Shown here piece after piece: positions 47,328 through 56,813 of a DNA stretch of 64,000 bases (its first letter is position 1; every line of letters starts with the position of its first letter). The stretch is from Myxococcota bacterium (GTDB lineage: Bacteria > Myxococcota_A > SURF-8 > G963663525). The stretch is from NCBI GenBank assembly GCA_963676915.2, contig CAXXVK010000013.1, positions 30,609 to 94,608 on the forward strand, written 5' to 3'. The position numbers and the translations under genes were made by a program. The notes below the pieces were generated by a model, which ran no database searches, was not told the DNA's origin, and saw only the letters and a list, made by a program, of their open reading frames with translations.

Positions 47328-47368
47328 ACAGACCTGATATTCGATGGCACGCTTACCCATCGACCCTT

Positions 47369-47413
47369 GATCCCCCGTAATCTATGACGCAGGTTGCGGG
47401 GGATCCTTTTTTT
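47369..47413 (+). terminator. Rho-independent terminator
   Basis: GATCCCCCG ... CGGGGGATC (9-bp stem, 19-nt loop) followed by CTTTTTTT. Confidence 0.7.
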
Positions 47414-47426
47414 ATCGGAAATCGAA

Positions 47427-48047
47427 TTATGTGGGGAATTTTTCGTTGGTCCAGGACTCTGGAATGGGCCACATGTTGTGGTTTCTCAGTCGGTAGGCGA
47501 AATCCCGAATCAGTGTACCCAGGGCTTCTTGATCGGTATCGACGTTTTCGAAATACATCAACGCCGCCGCTTCGAGAAACTGAAGACTATCGAGTCTTTG
47601 AACCGGGCTACTGAAACGCTTTTCCGAGATTTCCCATAAATTCCGGCCTTCTTTGGATGTTACGACGTTGGCCAGCAAATCCACTTGGTCTTCAACCGAG
47701 ACGAAAAGTTTCAATTTGGTTTCGACATACCAGCGCACGAAAGCCGAGTCGTATCGGTCGTCGATCAGGTAGCGGGTCAGTCGTTTCCTGCCGATACCGA
47801 AATCGTCGTCATTTTCGGAAAGCATCACCCGGAAGTAATGCCTCATCGTTACCGGAAGGTTCCGAAAGTGATGGTTTTCCTGTTGGGCTTCGACCATGGC
47901 GGCAAGATCGTCGATACCCCGAAAACTCGTTGCTCCCAAAGTCTGCGCCTTGACTACCATCACCAGAACGACGAGCAGGCATACCGCCCATAACTGAACG
48001 TACCACAGCGTGGAATGCTTTTTAGCTGGCGATTGTGAATCCATCAA
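47427..48047 (-). CDS. Membrane-anchored/secreted hypothetical protein
   Basis: 206-aa ORF with one N-terminal hydrophobic segment. The start overlaps the stop of the upstream FG-GAP gene (ATGA). Confidence 0.5.
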   Translation of the reverse strand: MMDSQSPAKKHSTLWYVQLWAVCLLVVLVMVVKAQTLGATSFRGIDDLAAMVEAQQENHHFRNLPVTMRHYFRVMLSENDDDFGIGRKRLTRYLIDDRYDSAFVRWYVETKLKLFVSVEDQVDLLANVVTSKEGRNLWEISEKRFSSPVQRLDSLQFLEAAALMYFENVDTDQEALGTLIRDFAYRLRNHNMWPIPESWTNEKFPT

Positions 48048-50102
48048 TTCAATGCAAGGGGCTGGAAGTCGATATAATCATCGCCTTCGGTGATTTTCAA
48101 ATGGAAGTTTGCCGGAACGTCGTGCCAGGTTTGTACGGTAAGGTCCGAATTCGGCCAGCGAACCTCCAACTCATCGATAGTGCAGTTCGTTCCCAACCCC
48201 ACTGTCAGGCTCAATTCTTTCATGATCCCCATATGACCGTATCCGGCTTCCACCCATTCGGTCTGGGTCCGGTCGCCGGTGGTGACTTTCACCCGAGCAC
48301 CGATGGCGCTGCGGTTGGCGAAACCTTCGCCTTTGCCTTCGAGGGTGATACGTACCGCATTGGATTTATTACCGACATCGTTACGATAGATATGCACTTC
48401 CGGGGTGCTCCAAGGTCCGCCACGCATCGTGCTGGAACCCACGACGAGGTCCAGGTCGCCGTCCCGGTCGAAATCCGCCGCCGAAACTCCTACGGCACGT
48501 TCGTGCATGGTTCCACTCTGTGAGGCGATATCACTGAAAATTCCATCGTCGGTTTGCCGGAAGAGCAGGCCGTAGGTGTAATCGTAATCGCTGCTTCCGA
48601 TATACAGGTCGGGATAGCCGTCGAGGTCGAAGTCCCAGCGCATCGCCGAGATGTCGCCTTCATTCCATCCGCCGGGGATATCGTGATCTCGTGTCAGACC
48701 AGTGGCTTCCCGGCCGGGGCGTTCGAAGACAACGTCATCACCACTGGAGGCGTTAACCAGCAGTTGAGAGGGATCGGAAGAACCTCCAGCCCACCAGTGA
48801 GCGATTTCGGCATTGAAAAGGTCGGGCAGACCATCGCCGGTCCAGTCGCCGCAGACCGTCGAAAACGTGTTGCCCCCGAGACGCCAGGGTGTTTCCTCGC
48901 TTGAAGACCAGTAGGCAGATGGGCAGCTTATCGACGGAGAGTCCGGAACGGGAGTGCAGTTATTCGTTTGCTGACAATAACATAGATAATATTGGTTGTC
49001 GGTGAAATCCTCGTTGTCGTCGCTGGCGAAATTCGAGCTGAGGGTTTCGTTGTTGTAAATGTTGTCCCGCCAGACGTACAATTCGTTGAAAGCTCGTCCG
49101 TAGCTGCTGCCAATGAGGTCGGGCGTGCCGTCGTCGTTGACGTCGCAGACCGAAACGCCGTAGGAGGTTCTGTGGCTGTTGGCGTTGGCGACATCCGTTG
49201 CAGAAGTATAAACGCCATAGGAAGCCGTTACGTCTTCGAAAGCTCCACCACCCAACCCACGATAAAGCCGGTTGGGGAGATTCACTCCCGAGCCGTAATA
49301 CGTAGAGAAAAAGCCCACCCAAAGGTCTATAAGGCCGTCGCGGTCGAAATCGAGGAACGAGGCTCCCACGGTGGTCCAGGGTTCTTCGGTCGTCGTATCG
49401 GAAGGTTCGGCAGCGCGAAGTTCCCTTCGCCATCCCCAAGCAGGATTTCCGAGCGGTCACCCGTGTCAGCAGGGTCAGCTGTGGGATTGTTGTCGGGATG
49501 TCTGCCGGAAAAGGCGTCGATCGTGCCGTTGTTGTCGATATCGGCGAATACGGCAAGCTGGCACGCGCGGCCATCGCCGCCACCTCGGATTGCCGTAAAT
49601 CCCGAATCTTCGGTAACATCGACGAATTCTCGTGCCTTTGAATCGTCTTCTCGGGGGCGATTGAGCAGAATCCTTTTGTAGAATTTAGGCGGGTCGGCGT
49701 CGAAATCGTCCCGGTAGTTGTTGTTGGTCTTATGGACGACGAGGTCGGGGTAGTCGTCGCCATCGATGTCTATCGTGCCGATTCGTTGCCATCGACGGCC
49801 AATCCGTCACGACCGATTCCGTAGTTGTCTGTTACCAATGTGAAATACGGGCCTTGACCCAGGGTGTAACCGTCCTTGCATTCTCCTTCGGGGAAGATTT
49901 GCGGGGGACGCTCCGTTTCCTGGTTATCATCCGAGGATTCGTCCAAGATTTCTTGGTCCATATCTCCAGGCTCGTTGTCTGTAACGTCCGAATCGGAATC
50001 GGCTGGAGTCGTATCGGAACCGGAGTCTTCACCGCATCCCCAAACCAAGGAAGCGAAGAGCGCGAATAAAGTGACGAGAATGAAGTATTTTTTAGTCGTC
50101 AA
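48044..50102 (-). pseudogene. FG-GAP/VCBS-repeat + ASPIC/UnbV (CRTAC1-family) lipoprotein, frame-disrupted twice (or sequence errors)
   Basis: TTG start with AAGGAG RBS and signal ..LFASLVWGCGED. FG-GAP motifs include IDIDGDDYPDLVV, FADIDNNGTID, LDFDRDGLIDL and ADFDRDGDLDL. The C-terminal region is ASPIC/UnbV (GARVKVTTGDRTQTEWVEAGYG). Frame changes occur near 49778 (GG run) and near 49404-49417. Confidence 0.7.
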
Positions 50103-50226
50103 GATCTTCTCCTTCGAAAACCGGAAATTTGCACGCCAAACGCTTGGATTTTAAACGGAAATGCTCGCGTATGCAACAAACGGAGGATCTTGGCGTAACC
50201 TTTTGGGTTTTGACTTGTCTTTTTCT

Positions 50227-50261
50227 AAAAAAAGAGTCCTTTGGCCGAAACCAAAGGACTC
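50227..50261 (-). terminator. Rho-independent terminator of the SHMT-GcvT gene
   Basis: On the minus strand: GAGTCCTTTGG-TTTCGG-CCAAAGGACTC followed by T7. Confidence 0.8.
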
Positions 50262-50298
50262 GTAAAGATTCTAGGAGATTGCATTCAAACGTTGAGGA

Positions 50299-53200
50299 TC
50301 AGTCGCCTTCCGAAGGAACATACCCGTTGTCCGCTTTACGCATGGGGAAGCGTGTAACGATGTCCGCCGGGATCGGCAGGATCGTGCGTTTTCCGGGTTC
50401 TGTCTCGCCGGGTTTCATCGAGCCTTTCGCTTCCGGTACGATGGCAATCGGACTTTCTTTGGCAAAGCGTGAAAGTACGTAGGCTTGACCCTACCTGGAA
50501 ACGTCGGGGATCGTAAGCGCAACTCGTAACCACACCGATTACGGTGCCGTTTTTCGCCACAACCGTATCTCCCGGGTGCAAAGGTTTTTCGCCGGTTCGA
50601 TCCACGAGGAAACGGACGACTTCCATCGTGCGTTTTTCGTCTTCGTTGATGAATGCACGACGGCCGATGAAAAACGGCTTGTGCAGTTTCACATACGAGG
50701 GAAATCCTGCTCCGGCGGGGGAGATCTGCTGAGGACCGTTCAGTTCGTGCCCGTACAATGGTAAACCGGCCTCGGTGCGTAAGGAATCGCGTGCTCCCAA
50801 ACCGCAGGCAGCGACGCCCAGAGGTTCGCCGACTTCGAGGAATTTTTCCCAGAGCATGACAAGTTTTTCGGGATGCACGAGAATTTCGTAGCCGATGCTT
50901 TCTCCCGAATAGCCGGTGCGTGCCACGACCGTATCCGCACCTTGCAGCATGACTCGGGTCAGGTGGGTTCGTGGCAGGATTTCCAAAGCGCGGGCCTGTT
51001 TGGGATCGTCGCAAAGCTGCATCAGCACCGGCAGGGACGCCTTTCCTTGGAAGGCGAGATCCACGCGGCGGTCGTCACCCCATTGCGGATCTTTCAGGTT
51101 GCGCAGATCCACTTCTTTCAAGCGTCTACGCGCCGGGATTTCATCGTCGATTTTGACAAGATTCCGGTTCACGGCCTGGAGCCACGACCAGTCTTCGTCC
51201 TCGTTGGAAGCGTTGACCACCATCAGGTAGTCTTCGTCTCCCACATGGTAGATCATCACGTCGTCGATAACCTGTCCCTTGGGGTCGAGCAGGTAGGAGT
51301 AGAAAGACTGTCCGATGGGGAACCAGCGGACGTAATTGCTGGTGACCAGATCAAGGAAATCCGTTGCGCCCGGTCCTCGAATACCGAATACACCCATGTG
51401 CGCCACGTCGAACAGTCCGGCGGTGTTGCGAACGACCTGATGTTCTTCCAGAATCGACGTGTACCAGACCGGCATATCCCAACCCGCGAAGGGAATGATT
51501 TTTTTGGAGTGCTGCTTGTGCCAGTCGTACAGCGGAGTTTTCTTGGGTTCTTCTTCCTCGGCCAGCCAGACGAATTCAGGCAGGGATTTTTGTGCTTCGG
51601 GAGTGTCTTTCAAGCGAAGCTGACCCACGAAATATGGTTTGTAAATCGCGAAAGCTTCCGAATCTTTCTCGTAGATTTCCGCGATATCAAGCACGGGCCG
51701 TTCTTCGGCATCCCAGACCGGCCAGCCCCAGTTTTGTCGTAAACCATTGCACGTTTTGGGACAATCGAACACGAAACCTTGCACCAAAAGCTTTTCTCCC
51801 ACGACTTTTCGTGCCGTTTCGGGCAATGCTGCAACATTCCAGTTGCCATTGACGGAAAGCACGACGGATTCTTCGTCAAGTCCTTCCAAGGCTTTCGTCA
51901 GACTCGTTTCGGCATTTTCCCCGGCAACGAGGAACAGCGACACTTTCTCGTCACCGAACATCGCGAAATCATCGAAGTTTTCGACGACCACCGGACCTTC
52001 CACTTTCATACGAATGTCATTGGGTTCGAACAGCAAATAGCCGTCGGCATGTCCGCGCAGCCATTCGGTGACCTGTGGAACGTTGGGTGGATTGGAAAAC
52101 AGGTAGAATCCGTTGTCGCGTTTGTCGTTGCGTTCTGCGATGCGCTGGACCAACACGTCATCGACAAGCTTACCGTGATTGTCGAACATGTAGGTTCGCA
52201 ACGTTTCGCCGGGAAGCAAACGGCTGAGATCGGCGGAAACGAGGTTGGAAAGATAGGCTTCCACTCGCGGACCGGTCAGACGGAACAAGCATTGTGGGGG
52301 GAGTTCGTGAACCACGGCCTTTGCTTTGTCCTCGACGTTTTTCTTGCAACCGCAACGGACGGGAGTGGAGAAATGATAGTGCGGGTAGCCGTTGGGGGCG
52401 TCGCTTTCCCCGTCTAGAGAAGATGCCAATTCGGCAGTGCGATCTTTGAGTTCCTCCAGGGTTTTCCAGTCGATTTTTCCACGAGGAAGCGTGCCGGTCA
52501 GACCATCGTAATGGAACGGCTCGATGGCCTTGAGCGTACTGGCGATGATCGAGGCCAACTCTTTGATGCCTTCCTCGGTGATGCCTCTTTGGGTGATCCA
52601 CGGAGTTCCCAGTCGTACGCCGGTAGCCAGGGCGGTTACATCGTCGCCTGGAAGTGTGTTTTTGTTGGCTACCACTCCGACCATTTCCAGCATTCTCACG
52701 GCGATTTCACCCAAAAGACGTTCTTTACGGGCGTTGCGGATCGTCTTGAGATCGATCAGCATCAGGTGGGTGTCGGTGCCACCATAGGCTAGCGTAAGTT
52801 CTTCGTTTTTCAACGAATCCGCCAGCAGAGCCGCATTGCTGACGATGTTTTGTTGCAATGTGCGATAGGCCGGAGTCTTGGCGATTTCCAGCACGGCGGC
52901 GATACCGGCGATATTGTTGATATGCGGTCCTCCCTGCTGGCCGGGGAACACAGCCGAATCGATAGCCTGCGCCTTGTCTTCATCGGTGGTGAGGATTACT
53001 GCGCCACGCGGACCCATCAACGTTTTATGGGTGGTGAATACGGTAACGTCTGCATAACCGACAGGCGACGGATACGCACCACCAGCCACCATTCCAGCCG
53101 GGTGGGCGATGTCGGCCATCAGCACGGCACCTACTTCGTCGGCGATTTCCCGAAGTTTCGGCCAGTCCGGTGCGAAAGGATACGAAGTGTAACCACCGAT

Positions 53201-53842
53201 AATCATTTTTGGTCGTGCTTCTTTGGCCAATTGAAGGATATCGTCGTAGTTCAGTCGACCGGTTTTGCGGTCGATTCCATAGGACACGATTCGGTGCTGT
53301 TTTCCGGTGGAGTGGAATTGGCTACCGTGGCTGAGGTGTCCACCCTGCATCAAGTCCATTCCCATCACGGTTTCACCGGGACGAACGAACGCATCGTAGA
53401 TAGCCAGATTGGCGGCAGCGCCGGAAAGCGCTTGAACGTTGGCGAAAATCTCATCTGCCGGAACGGCTTCGTTAGCAAAAGCTTCGGCGGCTCGTCTGCG
53501 GGCCAGTGCCTCGACGAGGTTGATGTAATCCGTTCCTTTGTAGAAACGGCGGTCGGAATATCGCCGATACCCGATAATCTGCATCGGCAAGTCGGCCAGT
53601 TCGTCTTCGTTCTGGTGCGTGGTAAACGAAGGCGGGTAGCCTTCGGCATATAAATTGGTCCACGGCGAATCCAGCAGCCTTCGAGCGGCGGGAAGACAGA
53701 TCGATTCGGAAGGGATCAAAATGATTCGACGTTGCTGGCGTTCTTCCTCTAAACGGGTCAATTGATTCAATATAGGATCGACCCGAGACAAATTACGTTG
53801 AAAAAGAGACTGGAGCGATTCCGAGGATTTACGTGTGGCCAT
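50299..53842 (-). CDS. Fusion protein: serine hydroxymethyltransferase domain + GcvT-like folate-binding domains (one frameshift near the 3' end)
   Basis: N-terminal SHMT motifs are LIPSESI, GGHLSHG and the PLP-Lys motif TTHKTLMGPRG. The C-terminal aminomethyltransferase motifs are TPLYDWHKQH, AGLFDVAHMGVFGIRG and ARDSLRTEAGLPLYGHEL. A middle GcvT/YgfZ-like segment lies between them. The frame shifts at the CCC run 50489-50491, and the alternative frame continues GQAYVLSRFAKE...SEGD*. AAGGAG RBS precedes ATG 53842. Confidence 0.8.
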
Positions 53843-53933
53843 TAAAAAACTCCTTCTAGGGGACATGTTTGGAAACAACAAATTTGGCAAACCAAACAGA
53901 TAGCACCTAACATACTATGGGACGAATATCAAT

Positions 53934-53969
53934 CGAGACGATTCAAATTCACGATAGAAAATCGTCTCG
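53934..53969 (-). terminator. Hairpin (10-bp stem CGAGACGATT / AATCGTCTCG) downstream of the CCA-enzyme gene; no T-run
   Basis: Perfect inverted repeat with a 16-nt loop, ~45 nt after the stop at 54015. Confidence 0.35.
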
Positions 53970-54014
53970 ACTGAGATTCCTGTTTCGAATGGGAGATTCG
54001 AGGACGAATCAAGG

Positions 54015-55292
54015 TTAGAATTTGCGGCCTGCAAGGTCTTCGATTTCAAGATGGTGTAGCAGCCACCGCCAGGCATCTTGTCGGGTACGGACCCAGCCGT
54101 CCCATTGGGCTTTTCGTAATTTTTTCAACAAATATTTCAGTTCAGCTGAAGAAATCGTTACCCCGCGAGAGCGGATTTCCTGTGGAGATAACAGCCGTGG
54201 CGGTGCTCCTCCGTTCAACGCTTCGTGCAATCGACCGATTCGGAGCCAGTCGCCGACGGGGTAGCCGTGTATGCGTCGTCGGGCGTATTCGATAGCCCAG
54301 GCATCGCGGAACCCTTGCTGGAGATGCACTCGGGAGCGCTCGTTGAAAGTCAGAGAGTTCCAATGGGACATTTTCAGCGACAGACGAACGAGGCGTTCCA
54401 GATCCGTTTTTTCTCGCATGGTTAAGTGAAGTCGCTGACCCGTCCACGCCAGATCTTTGTCGGTATAGAAGCCACTGGAAAGATGAAGCCATGCCAGCAT
54501 GGAAATCATTCCGGGGCGCAGGCGCTCCATTCCGCTAAGGACGGCAGGGGAAGTCATCGAGGCGATTGGCGACCGTGACCCCATCAGAGTTCGCCAGATT
54601 CCCGAAACCTGAAGAAGCATCAACGAGCGTTTCGATACCCGATACTGGAAATGCTTTTTTACTTCTTCGTGAATGCGCTCGATGGCGACGTCCAGAATAA
54701 GATTCGAATGCCTGCGCATCGCCAGCCAGGTCCGAGGTTCGATTTTCCAACCGAATTGCACTGCGAAACGAATGCCTCGCATGATTCGAAGAGGATCTTC
54801 CTTGAATCGGATGTTCGGATCGCACAGGGAACGAATGATGCCGTTGCGGATATCCCGAATGCCTCCGACATCATCGATGACTTTTTGTCGGGCGGGATCG
54901 TAATAAAGGGCGTTGCAGGTGAAATCCCTACGGAAGGCGTCTTCTTGACGGGTTCCATAGACCATTCCCTTGGCGACCTGCTCTTTGCCGTCTACGAAAC
55001 CTTTGGCTTTGCCTTTCAGATTGTCGGCACGGAATGTGGAAACTTCGACGTAAGAGGGTCCGCCGAACACCAACACCACACCGAAGATTTTCCCCACCAG
55101 TCGAGTGCGTCGGAAAAGAGCACTGATCTGGTCGGGTGTAGCGCTGGTAACCACATCCACGTCATGGGCTTCTCGTCCCAACAGCAGATCGCGTACCCAT
55201 CCGCCGCAAAAATAGGCTTCGTGACCGACGGAAGTCAGATCGTTAACGATTCTTCGTGCCCAGGGATATTGTGAGGAAGGATGCTTCGCCAT
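54015..55292 (-). CDS. tRNA nucleotidyltransferase (CCA-adding) / poly(A) polymerase family protein
   Basis: YFCGGWVRDLLLGREAHDVDVVT head-domain motif, RRDFTCNALYYD and PLRIMRGIRFA. Confidence 0.8.
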   Translation of the reverse strand: MAKHPSSQYPWARRIVNDLTSVGHEAYFCGGWVRDLLLGREAHDVDVVTSATPDQISALFRRTRLVGKIFGVVLVFGGPSYVEVSTFRADNLKGKAKGFVDGKEQVAKGMVYGTRQEDAFRRDFTCNALYYDPARQKVIDDVGGIRDIRNGIIRSLCDPNIRFKEDPLRIMRGIRFAVQFGWKIEPRTWLAMRRHSNLILDVAIERIHEEVKKHFQYRVSKRSLMLLQVSGIWRTLMGSRSPIASMTSPAVLSGMERLRPGMISMLAWLHLSSGFYTDKDLAWTGQRLHLTMREKTDLERLVRLSLKMSHWNSLTFNERSRVHLQQGFRDAWAIEYARRRIHGYPVGDWLRIGRLHEALNGGAPPRLLSPQEIRSRGVTISSAELKYLLKKLRKAQWDGWVRTRQDAWRWLLHHLEIEDLAGRKF

Positions 55293-55515
55293 GTATGTAA
55301 AAACTCGTGTCTTTTCCTGTCGTTTCGCTTCAATCTCTTCAGCGGATCGATCCGTTGATCGTCGCTTTATGATTTCGGAGGGTCAGAAAACCGAAATCTT
55401 TAAAATTTCTCCATTCCGTGGCATTGACCGTAAAAATCTTGCCAGTGGCAGAGTTGATTTCATATATACTCTTTTGTCGTTGGAAGCAAACAAGCGCCAA
55501 AACAAAGGATAATCG

Positions 55516-56391
55516 ATGTTAAAAAGCCTGATTATTTCCATGCGTCCCAAGCAGATGGTGAAAAACGCCTTCATCTTCGGGCCGCTTGTCTTTTCCAACA
55601 ATCTTTTTGAGTTACCGAAACTTGCCACTGCAGGTGCAGCATTCCTATCGTTTTGTTTTCTAGCCGGTGCTGTGTATCTGCTTAACGATGTCGTGGATCT
55701 CAAACGGGATCGGGAACACCCGGTCAAGCGGCATCGTCCTATTGCCAGTGGCAAACTTCCTCCTGCCGTAGCTTTGGTGGCCTGCGCCTTTTTCGCTGTG
55801 GTATCTATTGCAGGTACATATCTACTGAATCCAGTTTTAACTGTGATTCTAATGATTTACTTGATCAATAACATCCTGTATTCGTTCCTTATCAAGCGAT
55901 ATGTTTTGCTCGATGTCGGTTCCATCGCATTCGGTTTCGTTCTTAGAGTACTGGCCGGAGCGGTCGCGATCCAGGTGGACCCGTCGCCATGGCTGATTAT
56001 CTGCACGATGACGCTTGCTTGTTTCCTTGGATTTGCCAAACGCCGACACGAGCTGGTGCTTCTCGAAGACAACCGAGACAACCACCGCGCCGTGCTTAAA
56101 GAGTATTCGGCCCAGCTTCTCGATCAATTGCTGATGATCACCGCCGCTATGGCGATTATCACTTACGCCATCTATACGATTTCACCGGCAACGGTGAAGC
56201 ATTTCGGGACCACGCATTTGATTTACACCGTTCCTTTTGTATTATATGGCGTTTTCCGCTATCTTTACCTGGTTCACGTTCGTTCCGAAGGCGGCGATCC
56301 GGCCAAAGTGCTGTTGGGCGATATGCCGATGATTGTCAATATTCTGTTGTGGCTGGCAAGTTGCCTGCTTATTGTCGAGGGGGTCGTGTGA
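55516..56391 (+). CDS. UbiA-family prenyltransferase, decaprenyl-phosphate phosphoribosyltransferase-like
   Basis: MRPKQMVKN and YLLNDVVDLKRDREHPVKRHRPIASGKL (NDxxDxxxD motif), with about 8 TM segments. Confidence 0.75.
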   Translation: MLKSLIISMRPKQMVKNAFIFGPLVFSNNLFELPKLATAGAAFLSFCFLAGAVYLLNDVVDLKRDREHPVKRHRPIASGKLPPAVALVACAFFAVVSIAGTYLLNPVLTVILMIYLINNILYSFLIKRYVLLDVGSIAFGFVLRVLAGAVAIQVDPSPWLIICTMTLACFLGFAKRRHELVLLEDNRDNHRAVLKEYSAQLLDQLLMITAAMAIITYAIYTISPATVKHFGTTHLIYTVPFVLYGVFRYLYLVHVRSEGGDPAKVLLGDMPMIVNILLWLASCLLIVEGVV

Positions 56392-56759
56392 AAGCGCATT
56401 ATTTCGTTCTGATTTTCGCCTTGATTGCCAATGCCGTGGCCAATATTTTAATCAAAGAAGGTATGAAGGCCAAGGCTGTCAGTCTTTCTCAACCGTTGGA
56501 AACCTTTCAGCAAATCGTGCTCAACCCTTTTGTGGTTTCCGGGGTGTTTTTCTTTGGATTGGCTTTGGCGGCGTATTCATTCGTGTTGTCGAAAATTCCG
56601 TTGTCGATTGCTTATCCGGTCATGACTTCGGCGGGTTTCCTGATCGTACTGGGATATTCGACCATAAAATTGCAGGAATCTTTGACCCCTTGGCAAATTG
56701 CCGGAGTTTTGTGTATTCTTGCCGGAATCATCATGGTTGCCGGAAATATGAACGGCTGA
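56388..56759 (+). CDS. Small 4-TM EamA/SMR-like transporter
   Basis: The GTG start overlaps the UbiA stop (GTGA). 123 aa, with four hydrophobic helices. Confidence 0.5.
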   Translation: MKAHYFVLIFALIANAVANILIKEGMKAKAVSLSQPLETFQQIVLNPFVVSGVFFFGLALAAYSFVLSKIPLSIAYPVMTSAGFLIVLGYSTIKLQESLTPWQIAGVLCILAGIIMVAGNMNG

Positions 56760-56813
56760 CCGTATAAACGTTAAGAAACGCCGCTTTGTGCGGCCTTGAA
56801 AATACGAGGGATC

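Noticed and set aside
45576-47360. 594-aa minus-strand ORF, Arg-rich and internally repetitive
   Set aside because: It is the antisense shadow of the repeat lipoprotein gene. Its repetitiveness merely mirrors the coding-strand DNA repeats, and it has no RBS or signal features.
53843-54014. Possible glycine, THF or ZTP riboswitch upstream of the SHMT-GcvT fusion
   Set aside because: I read the minus strand of the leader and found none of the conserved cores of these riboswitch classes. Only a 10-bp-stem hairpin is present, and it more likely belongs to the upstream CCA-enzyme gene.
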